64,000 bases of DNA from Christensenellales bacterium. Lineage in GTDB: Bacteria > Bacillota > Clostridia > Christensenellales > CALWSW01. This document shows, piece by piece, positions 56,877 through 64,000 of this stretch; within the stretch, counting starts at the first letter, position 1, and every line of letters starts with the position of its first letter. A model generated the notes under the pieces. That model saw nothing but the letters and a program-made list of their open reading frames with translations, searched no databases and was not told where the DNA came from. Location: contig JBMNTV010000002.1 of assembly GCA_050945915.1 (NCBI GenBank), positions 4,599 through 68,598 of the forward strand. Direction: 5' to 3'. Position numbers and translations under genes: made by a program.

Positions 56877-58502
56877 ATGCGGCGCTTCGACAATGGCTTG
56901 TCCTTTCGGGATCAAAAAAGCCTTTGGACGGAGTACTGCGGCTTTTTGGACTTTTCCATCGAACAATTCATGGCGGTGCAGGAGCGCCTTTTACTGGAGC
57001 AGCTTACCCTTCTGGACGGAACAGAACTGGGTAGGCGTTTTTTTGGCGAAAAAGCGCCGAAAAACATCGACGAATTCCGAGAAACCGCGCCGTTGACCGC
57101 CTATGCGGATTATTTCGGCATTCTGACCAGCAAGCGGGAGGATCTGCTTCCCCAAAGGCCTGCGGTGTGGGTCCGCTCGGCCTGGGAGGGCAGCAGGCGC
57201 CAGGTACGGTACGCGCCCTACACCTCCGCGATGCTGGAATCGTATCGAAAGAACCTCATCGCGGCGTTGATCCTTTCCGCCAGCACCCATCGGGGCAAGA
57301 CCGCCCTGAGGCCCCAGGACAGCATCCTGTGCGGCCTGCCGCCCCTGCCCTATGAAACCGGGCTTTTGCCCCATGTCTTAGGCAGTGCGCTGAACGTGCT
57401 TCCCCCTGTGAAGGCGCTGGATTTCTTGGACGTGGACGAGGCGGCGGAACTCGGCATCCACCTGGGATTGAAGAACGGGATCGACCTGTTTTTCGGCACG
57501 GCCAGCTTCGCCTGCCGATTGGCAAAGAATTTCTCCCTCATCAACCCGGGCGAGGGGGAAACCGCCGAATCCAAAGAGCAAGCCGGGCAGGAGCCCCTCT
57601 CTCCCCGGAAGATGGCGCGGATGGTGAAAGCCATGACCCGCGCCAAAGCGGAAAAGCGCAGGGTCAAGCCGGCGGATGCTTTTTCCCTTAAGGGGCTGGT
57701 CGTCACCGGGACGGAGAGCGAATTTTTCAAAGAAAAGATTCGCGACCAGTGGGGTATTGTCCCCCACGAGGTCATCAGCGGCGCAGAGTCCGCCCTGGTG
57801 GGAACGGAAACCTGGGCGAGAAACGGGCTGGTCTTCTTCCCGGACAGCAATTTTTACGAGTTCATCCCCGAAGGGGACATGGTCCGGTCTCTGGAGGATC
57901 CCTCCTTTGTCCCGCGGACGGTGCTGATGAACGAACTCAAGGCCTGCGAGAAGTACGAGCTGGTGCTCACTACCCTGCACGGCGGCGCCTTTGTGCGTTA
58001 CCGGCCGGGGGACATCTACCAGTGCCTGCAGGAACAGGACGCGAAAAACGGCATCCGCCTGCCCCTTTTGCGGTACCTCGACCGGGTGCCGGAGGTGATC
58101 GACATCGCCGGCTTCACCCGAATCACGGCGGATACCATCGACGAGGCTCTGCGCCTTTCCCGACTGGGCATTTCCCGCTATTTCGTCCGGAAGGAGTACG
58201 ACGAAAAGAAGCGACCCTTTTTGCACCTTTACGTCGAGGTGGAGGAGGACGCCATGTACGCCACCGCCGCCACCGAAGGCCTGATCCGGGAACAGATGTC
58301 CATCTATTTTAAGTACCTGGAGAGCGAGTACGGCGATCTGAAGGAAATTTTGGGCAGGGATCCCTTGAAGGTGGACATTTTGCCCGTGGGCAGCATCGAA
58401 GGGTACGAAAGGGCGACCGGCAGGAAGGTCAAAAAAGTCAATCCTTCCCGCTTCGACGTCATCGAACTGCTGCAAAAGATCCGCCCCACCACGTTTTTCT
58501 AG
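56877..58502 (+). CDS. GH3-family (acyl-adenylate-forming, auxin-responsive-GH3-like) protein
   Basis: 541 aa. YELVLTTLHGGAFVRYRPGDIY and the N-terminal ...IDEFRETAPLTAYADY layout resemble bacterial GH3 proteins. The usual SSGTT-type nucleotide loop is replaced by SAWEGS. Confidence 0.6.
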   Translation: MRRFDNGLSFRDQKSLWTEYCGFLDFSIEQFMAVQERLLLEQLTLLDGTELGRRFFGEKAPKNIDEFRETAPLTAYADYFGILTSKREDLLPQRPAVWVRSAWEGSRRQVRYAPYTSAMLESYRKNLIAALILSASTHRGKTALRPQDSILCGLPPLPYETGLLPHVLGSALNVLPPVKALDFLDVDEAAELGIHLGLKNGIDLFFGTASFACRLAKNFSLINPGEGETAESKEQAGQEPLSPRKMARMVKAMTRAKAEKRRVKPADAFSLKGLVVTGTESEFFKEKIRDQWGIVPHEVISGAESALVGTETWARNGLVFFPDSNFYEFIPEGDMVRSLEDPSFVPRTVLMNELKACEKYELVLTTLHGGAFVRYRPGDIYQCLQEQDAKNGIRLPLLRYLDRVPEVIDIAGFTRITADTIDEALRLSRLGISRYFVRKEYDEKKRPFLHLYVEVEEDAMYATAATEGLIREQMSIYFKYLESEYGDLKEILGRDPLKVDILPVGSIEGYERATGRKVKKVNPSRFDVIELLQKIRPTTFF

Positions 58503-58567
58503 ATGATTTTTCCCGGTTGACCCGTTAATATTTCGACAATTTTCAACTCAAAGGGAAGGAGGACGCC

Positions 58568-61081
58568 ATGATTCTGCGCATCGCGTACTGGAGCGCATCG
58601 GTGATCGCCCTGGCGGCCTACGCCCTTTTGATGGTGATTTTCGCCATTTCCAAGAAGGACCGGAACATCAAATCCATCATGCTGGTGATGTCCTGCATGA
58701 TCGGCTGGACGGGCTTTTCCCTGCTGATGAAGCTGAATGCCGCCCCGGGCTTTGCCTTCTGGAGCCTGCTTTTGACCACCTCCATGATCGTACTTCCCCC
58801 CATCGTCTATCAGTTCATGGCGAATTTGCTGGGTCATGGGCAAAGGCGGCTCAAGCGGTTTTTGTGGTTTATTTCCACGGCTTTGCTGGTCGTTCTGAAT
58901 ATTTTTGGGCTTTTTGTGCGGGACCGGGTGCTCAACGATCTGGGAAACGGCATGGTTTCGGTGAGCTATACCTTCCGCTGGCCCTTTGTTTTTCCCTTTG
59001 CCTTTGCGCTGTTTGCGATAGTTGCGAATTTTGTGCTGCTCAAGAAATCCTATGATTCCGGGAAGGTGAACCGTAGAGCCTTCAAATCGATGGCCGCCGG
59101 CCTGGGATTGATGGTGTTGGGTTACGCCGTTAAGCTGTCGCCCATCATCAACCGCTTCCCCATTGACATGGTGGCCGGCCTGGTCAGCACCGCTTTGTTT
59201 TTGCGGGTGCTGTATTCCAAGCGGGTGTTCACCTTCAAATTTGTGATGACCAGGGGGCTGATCTTCGCGGTCATCTCCCTTGCCCTGACCGTTGGATTGG
59301 GGTTTGCCGGATTTTATCTGGACGATGTCGTGGTCTCCGTACTGCCGGAGAACGGCTCCTTTGAAACTGTCCGGGCCATCGCCTTTGCGGTGCTGTTCGG
59401 CATCGCGCTGCAGATTGTCAACCTTTTGAGCCGTGCCGTGGTGGACAGGTTCTACGTCAACGCCGATTACACCCGGCGGCAGGCTTTGCGCAATTTTTCC
59501 GTCAACATCGCCAACAATCTGGATTTGGACAAGCTCCTTTCTGAACTGGCTTCCGCCGTCAAGGAAGGGGTGGAGGCCACCAGGGTTTATGTGCTGCTGC
59601 GGGATCCGGAAAAGGAATGCTATTACACTGCCCATTCCGCCAATGTGCTGGATCAGCCGGAGATCAGCATTTCGACGCACAACCCCATCGTCTCCTGGCT
59701 GTTGGAAAACCGGCGCTGCCTGACGGACAGGCAGATCGCCTCTTTGCCCTATTTCCGCTCGATGTGGACTTCGGAAAAAGCCCTTCTGAAGGAGCACGAG
59801 ATTGCCATTTTCGCCCCCCTCATCTGCAGGGATTCCATGATCGGCATGTTGCTTTTATCCGCGCCGGAACGCGCCTCGGAATACACCATGGAGGATATGG
59901 ACATCCTCCAGTCCCTGAGCACCTCCACCGCCATCGCCATCGACAATGCCAGGATGTACGAGCGGGTGAAGCTCCAGGCGCGGACGGATGAGCTCACCGG
60001 CCTTTTCAACCGGCGCTCCTTTTACGAGGATCTGCAAAAGGAGGTCGCCCGGGCCAAAGCAGAGGGTACCACGTTGGGCCTGATCCTCATCGATGTGGAC
60101 ATGTTCAAGCTGTATAACGACATGCACGGCAGCTACGAGGGGGATCTGGCTTTGCGGCGCATCGGCAGGATGGTGCAGAATGTCGTCGGGCTGGAAGGCA
60201 CCTGTTACCGTTACAGCGGGCAGTCCTTTACCGTCTTTTTGCCCGGGACGGACGGGCACAGGGCCAGGACCGTGGCGGAATGCATCCGGCGCTGTATCGA
60301 GGAAGACTTCATGTACCACGAGGACCAGACCAAGCGCTTCCTGACGGTCAGCGGCGGCGTCAGCATCTTCCCCCACACCGCCCACAGCGCGGACGAGCTG
60401 GTGCGCAGGGCGGATTTTGCCAAGGTGGCGGCAAAGGACGCCGGAAAGAACCGGATTCACGTCTATACCACCGGCAAGACGGACAGTTACGAACAGCGGG
60501 AGGAAATGCCCTACGCCACCACGGTTTACGCCCTGGCCGCCGCCATCGACGCCAAGGACCACTTCACCTTCAGTCACTCCCAAAAGGTGGCGGATTACGT
60601 CGTCACCCTGGCTTTGGAAATGGGGATGGACCCAAGCCAAATCCCCATGCTGCGGGAAGCCGCCCTGCTGCATGACATCGGCAAGATCGGAATTCCCGAA
60701 TCCATCCTCATCAAGCCCGGCAAGCTGGATGTGGATGAATACGGCACCATCAAGCAGCATGTGGTGATGTCCATCGAAATCATCAAGCACCTGCCCACGT
60801 TGAATTACGTCATCCCCACGGTGCTGTGCCACCACGAGCGGTGGGACGGCAGGGGTTACCCCCGGGGAATCGCCGGTGAGGAGATCCCCTTCGGCGCTAG
60901 GTGCCTGGCGGTGGCGGATGCCTTTGACGCCATGGTTTCCGAGCGCCCGTACAAGCCCTGCTGCACCATCGAGTTCGCGTTGCAGGAGATCGAGCGCCAG
61001 GCTGGCCATCAGTTCGATCCGGACATTGCCCTGACCTTTGTGCGGCTGGTCCGGGAAGGGAAAATCGTGGTGCAGAAATAA
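58568..61081 (+). CDS. Membrane sensor: multi-TM N-domain - GAF - degenerate GGDEF - HD-GYP (c-di-GMP phosphodiesterase type)
   Basis: 837 aa with about 7 N-terminal TM helices. The GGDEF-domain scaffold carries RYSGQSF in place of GG(D/E)EF. The HD-GYP domain has HDIGKIGIP ... HHERWDGRGYPRG. Confidence 0.85.
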   Translation: MILRIAYWSASVIALAAYALLMVIFAISKKDRNIKSIMLVMSCMIGWTGFSLLMKLNAAPGFAFWSLLLTTSMIVLPPIVYQFMANLLGHGQRRLKRFLWFISTALLVVLNIFGLFVRDRVLNDLGNGMVSVSYTFRWPFVFPFAFALFAIVANFVLLKKSYDSGKVNRRAFKSMAAGLGLMVLGYAVKLSPIINRFPIDMVAGLVSTALFLRVLYSKRVFTFKFVMTRGLIFAVISLALTVGLGFAGFYLDDVVVSVLPENGSFETVRAIAFAVLFGIALQIVNLLSRAVVDRFYVNADYTRRQALRNFSVNIANNLDLDKLLSELASAVKEGVEATRVYVLLRDPEKECYYTAHSANVLDQPEISISTHNPIVSWLLENRRCLTDRQIASLPYFRSMWTSEKALLKEHEIAIFAPLICRDSMIGMLLLSAPERASEYTMEDMDILQSLSTSTAIAIDNARMYERVKLQARTDELTGLFNRRSFYEDLQKEVARAKAEGTTLGLILIDVDMFKLYNDMHGSYEGDLALRRIGRMVQNVVGLEGTCYRYSGQSFTVFLPGTDGHRARTVAECIRRCIEEDFMYHEDQTKRFLTVSGGVSIFPHTAHSADELVRRADFAKVAAKDAGKNRIHVYTTGKTDSYEQREEMPYATTVYALAAAIDAKDHFTFSHSQKVADYVVTLALEMGMDPSQIPMLREAALLHDIGKIGIPESILIKPGKLDVDEYGTIKQHVVMSIEIIKHLPTLNYVIPTVLCHHERWDGRGYPRGIAGEEIPFGARCLAVADAFDAMVSERPYKPCCTIEFALQEIERQAGHQFDPDIALTFVRLVREGKIVVQK

Positions 61082-61096
61082 TAGAAGGTTATTAAG

Positions 61097-61136
61097 CAAA
61101 AAAACGGCTTTGGAGTATTCCAAGGCCGTGTTTTTA
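61097..61136. terminator. Bidirectional rho-independent terminator between the sensor gene and spo0A
   Basis: acggctttgg / agtatt / ccaaggccgt flanked by an A-run and a T-run. Confidence 0.8.
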
Positions 61137-61193
61137 TGAAAGAGAATGATTTATGTTACGGTACCCGTGGCTGCATCCTGGCTGTCGTTGGAC

Positions 61194-61991
61194 TCAAACG
61201 GCTTTGCTCTGCTCCGTTCTGGTCAGGTCGTCGATCAGCAGCTTATCCGCCACAAGGGCTATGAATTCGCCGTTCGTGGGTTTTTCCTGCTTGCCGTAGA
61301 TCGTATACCCGAAGATGCCGTTGATGTTTTCGATCTTGCCCCTGGCCCAGGCGACCTCGATGGCGTGGCGGATGGCACGCTCCACCTTGCTGGCGGTGGT
61401 ATCAAAGGCCCGGGCCACGCCTGGATAAAGCTCCTTGGTGATGGAGTTGATGATGGATCTGTCCGAATAGACCTGCTTAACCGCTTCCCGCAGGAAGTGG
61501 TACCCCTTGATGTGGGCGGGAATGCCGACGGCAAGGAATACGTTTGCGATGCGCTCGTCCAGGGATTTGACCGGCGGCAGCCGCTCGGGGACGCGCAACG
61601 CGGGCTTTTCCACAGCCTGCACCTGGGACGGAGTCTCGATGACGCGGTTGATCAGCGACTCCAGATTAAAGGGTTTGACGAAATAATAATAGATGCCAAA
61701 AGTGCAGGCTTTTTGGACGACATCATCCTGAGACAGCGCGGTCATCACGATGATCTTCGGCGGCTTGGGAAGGGAGCAGGCCCGCTCCAGAACGGCGAAG
61801 CCGTCTGTCTGGGAGAGTACCAAATCGAGCAAGAGCACGTCATAATCTCCGCTGTTGAGGCATTCCACTGCTTCGGCACCGCCGGCGACACATCGACAGC
61901 TTTCCACTTCTTCCCTGCGGGTGAGTGCTGCATAGATTTCATTGCGAAGAGATGCGTTCCCATCTGCAACCAGAACTTTCAGTGTTTTCAT
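61194..61991 (-). CDS. spo0A: Sporulation master response regulator Spo0A
   Basis: 265 aa. Receiver domain (LLLDLVLSQTDG, VMTA, VKPF). Spo0A-specific C-domain with GIPAHIKGYHFLREA, TKELYP, SKVERAIRHAIEVAW and PTNGEFIA. GGAGGA RBS precedes ATG 61991. Confidence 0.95.
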   Translation of the reverse strand: MKTLKVLVADGNASLRNEIYAALTRREEVESCRCVAGGAEAVECLNSGDYDVLLLDLVLSQTDGFAVLERACSLPKPPKIIVMTALSQDDVVQKACTFGIYYYFVKPFNLESLINRVIETPSQVQAVEKPALRVPERLPPVKSLDERIANVFLAVGIPAHIKGYHFLREAVKQVYSDRSIINSITKELYPGVARAFDTTASKVERAIRHAIEVAWARGKIENINGIFGYTIYGKQEKPTNGEFIALVADKLLIDDLTRTEQSKAV

Positions 61992-62421
61992 GTGCTTCCT
62001 CCGATCGGTTTGTGCGTTCTGAACATGTTCTTTGCCGATTTCTACAACATATAGTGACAGTATCACTATATGTGTCTAAGTATAGCATTAGAATGTAAAA
62101 ATTGACAGAGCAGAACTATGTCGATGTTCTACTTATATAAACGAATGCCGTCGATATTTCCTTGGGGAAAGCGATTGCGCGTCTTTTGGCGCGAAACCCG
62201 GGACTTGACAGGTGGAAAAATACGTCTGAAATCGACAAAGTTATTCAGTATAACCCAAAGTGTGCTTAATTTCTGCTAATACCCGACCAGAAGTACTTTA
62301 TTCACGTTATTTTGTTTTTTTACACCCCAAATCGTATTTTGGGGATTTTTTGTGCTGCTTTGGGGGTTTTTTCATCGTCAAAAGATGCGTCTTTTGCGGA
62401 CAAAGCAAAGATCCGCAAAAG

Positions 62422-62515
62422 TAATCCACATTTTCCACAGTTATCAACAGAGTTATCCACAAAAAAACCGTCGAATGCATGGTGTTGTGAGTAAAAATGT
62501 GGATAATGTGGAAAA
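62422..62515. promoter_or_regulatory. Third DnaA-box cluster (between spo0A and veg)
   Basis: taatccaca 62422, ttttccaca 62431, ttatcaaca 62441, TTATCCACA 62453 (perfect), TGTGGATAA 62498 (perfect) and tgtggaaaa 62507. Confidence 0.7.
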
Positions 62516-62624
62516 CTCGGATGTTGATTGACAGGTATATACCACCGAAAGGCTGTTTGTATAGTTTTTGGGGATTTGGGCATACTTGGCTGTAATTGAA
62601 AAAACAGAAAAGGGAGAGCGCAAT

Positions 62625-62912
62625 ATGGGTGCGTTGGAGCTGAATGCCATCAAGGCCGCGATGGAGAATCGCATCGGAGAAACCGTCGAACTGCATTGCT
62701 TTTCAAGAAGGAAGGTTTCCAAACATGTCGGCGTCTTGGAGGGCGCGTATAACGCGGTGTTCACGGTGCTGGTGGTGACGGAGGACGGCCCGAGGAGGCT
62801 GAGCTACACCTATACGGATGTTTTGACCAAATCCATCCTCATCAAACCCGCCGGCGAGTTCGAAGAAGAAGTCCCCAAAGCAGGGTCTGCCAAAAGCCTT
62901 TCCATATCCTAG
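62625..62912 (+). CDS. veg: Veg-like small protein (DUF1021)
   Basis: 95 aa. LNAIKAAMENRIGETVELH...RKVSKHVGVLEGAYNAVFTV...RLSYTYTDVLT is collinear with B. subtilis Veg as I recall it. GGGAGAG RBS precedes ATG 62625. Confidence 0.78.
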   Translation: MGALELNAIKAAMENRIGETVELHCFSRRKVSKHVGVLEGAYNAVFTVLVVTEDGPRRLSYTYTDVLTKSILIKPAGEFEEEVPKAGSAKSLSIS

Positions 62913-62965
62913 CGCCTGTTTCATGGGCGAATTCCATCCCCTAAGCCGAGAAAGAAGGAGACAAT

Positions 62966-63466
62966 ATGAAAAAGGTTGCCATACCCCTCGCCCTTGCCGT
63001 TTTGCTGATTTTGTCCGCCGTTCGGCCAATGCGGTTGCATGTGATTGCCAACAGCGACACAGAATATGATCAGGCGGTCAAGCTTGCCGTTCGGGACGCG
63101 GTACTGGGCGTGTTGAACGACGACGGCGGCCCGGAAAATTTCGAGGACGCCGAAGCCGCGATTGTCCAAAACGGCGAAGCCTTGCAGCAAGCCGTGGACA
63201 ACACCCTGAAAGAATGGAGCGCGGGTTATTCCGGAACCCTGTATCTTGGAAACAGCGCCTTTCCCGAAAAGGTGTACGCCGGCAAGGTCTACCCCGCGGG
63301 GAAATACGAAGCCCTGCGGGTGGTGCTGGGCGAAGGCGGGGGCAAAAACTGGTGGTGCGTCATCTATCCGCCCCTTTGCCTGGGCGAATTTGCCGAAAAC
63401 GGGGAGGGGCCTGTGGTGTTCCGGTCGTTCCTGGCCGAGCTGTTTCACCGGTGGTTTGGGATTTGA
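62966..63466 (+). CDS. spoIIR: Stage II sporulation protein R
   Basis: 166 aa. Signal/TM segment, then RLHVIANSDTEYDQAVKLAVRDAV and NWWCVIYPPLC, the SpoIIR signatures. Confidence 0.85.
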   Translation: MKKVAIPLALAVLLILSAVRPMRLHVIANSDTEYDQAVKLAVRDAVLGVLNDDGGPENFEDAEAAIVQNGEALQQAVDNTLKEWSAGYSGTLYLGNSAFPEKVYAGKVYPAGKYEALRVVLGEGGGKNWWCVIYPPLCLGEFAENGEGPVVFRSFLAELFHRWFGI

Positions 63467-63657
63467 CCGGCGCGCCGGCGGGAACGAGCGGGTTCCCCGC
63501 CCGAAAAACGCCCGTTTGGGCGGGGCGTACCCATTCGAGGGGTTCTTCCACAGGTGGAATGAGCGTTTGCCCGGGGTAACGGCAAAGCTGACCCGCCGGC
63601 CCGATTCCCTCGGGCGGATTTGGACGGGCGAGCTATGATCAAAAGGAGGTCATTCAA

Positions 63658-64000
63658 ATGATAAAGAAACGAAGCCGCGCTTTGCTGCTGTTTTTCCTGG
63701 TATTGGCCTTTGTTGCCATCGGCATCGCAGGGGCCACCGCGGACGCGGCGGACCTTGTGGGTGGCTCCACGGGGTCGCTGGTGAAAGAGGTGCAGCGCAG
63801 GCTGAAGGACTGGGGCTATTACAAAGGCGAAGTGGACGGAAAGTACGGCCAGATGACCATCGACGCCGTCAAGAAGTTCCAAAAAAGGCATGGGCTTTCC
63901 CAGACCGGCACAGTGAACGAAAAAACCGCCGAAAAGCTGGGCGTTTCCCTCAGCGGCTGGAAACCCTCGTCCTCTGCTTCTTCCGGCAAGACGGGAACCT
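63658..64000 (+). CDS. Secreted peptidoglycan-binding-domain protein (SleB-like N-terminus?), 3' end outside the window
   Basis: AAAGGAGG RBS, ATG 63658, signal peptide MIKKRSRALLLFFLVLAFVAIGIAGA, and a PG_binding_1-type repeat GSLVKEVQRRLKDWGYYKGEVDGKYGQMTIDAVKKFQKRHGL. The ORF runs off the window. Confidence 0.7.
   Translation, partial: MIKKRSRALLLFFLVLAFVAIGIAGATADAADLVGGSTGSLVKEVQRRLKDWGYYKGEVDGKYGQMTIDAVKKFQKRHGLSQTGTVNEKTAEKLGVSLSGWKPSSSASSGKTGT

Noticed and set aside
62100-62240. Spo0A 0A-boxes in the spo0A upstream region (tgtcgat 62119-62125, atcgaca 62231-62237).
   Set aside because: Each deviates from TGNCGAA / TTCGNCA. A 7-mer with mismatches is expected by chance in this much sequence. 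It is mentioned only as an aside, not annotated.

Overview
This window looks like a high-GC, spore-forming Firmicute (Clostridia-type) chromosome. That call rests on spo0A, spoIIR, veg, degV and a Ku/LigD pair, and the window includes the dnaA/oriC region.

Layout, left to right:
- **2-7847:** a sugar-type module (DeoC-like aldolase, FGGY kinase, Fe-alcohol dehydrogenase), then an amidase-domain gene and a Ku plus three-domain LigD NHEJ pair.
- **8122-24835:** a roughly 16.7 kb mosaic integrative element in tRNA-Thr(GGU), bounded by identical 46-bp direct repeats. It carries:
  - a tyrosine integrase;
  - remnants of at least three transposase types;
  - a second, paralogous aldolase/kinase cargo cluster with GntR, an OYE-type flavoenzyme and an SDR;
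  - a truncated Tad/Flp-pilus-like block;
  - a parA-parB module with a five-copy palindromic centromere-like motif.
- **25043-51677:** an ABC exporter, a sortase-type surface protein, fhs-fchA-folD, phosphoglucomutase, mnmG-rsmG-rlmH, serC-serA, cca, a split class I fumarase, a disrupted ylmH-like gene, an M28 peptidase and a tandem-RluA fusion.
- **51692-53523:** dnaA flanked by DnaA-box clusters. One flank also has a box / GC / (CTA)5 / AT-rich arrangement resembling a DnaA-trio unwinding module. dnaN is absent.
- **53671-64000:** a transglutaminase-like protein, degV, a GH3-like gene, a degenerate-GGDEF/HD-GYP sensor, spo0A, a third DnaA-box cluster, veg, spoIIR and a partial peptidoglycan-binding protein.

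I found no CRISPR array and no rRNA. The most unusual items are the island's partition and pilus-remnant architecture, the duplicated uncharacterised kinase/aldolase modules, and the atypical origin layout.

All functional calls come from motif recognition by eye on the supplied translations. No database search was run. Many long antisense ORFs in the track are high-GC artefacts and were rejected.
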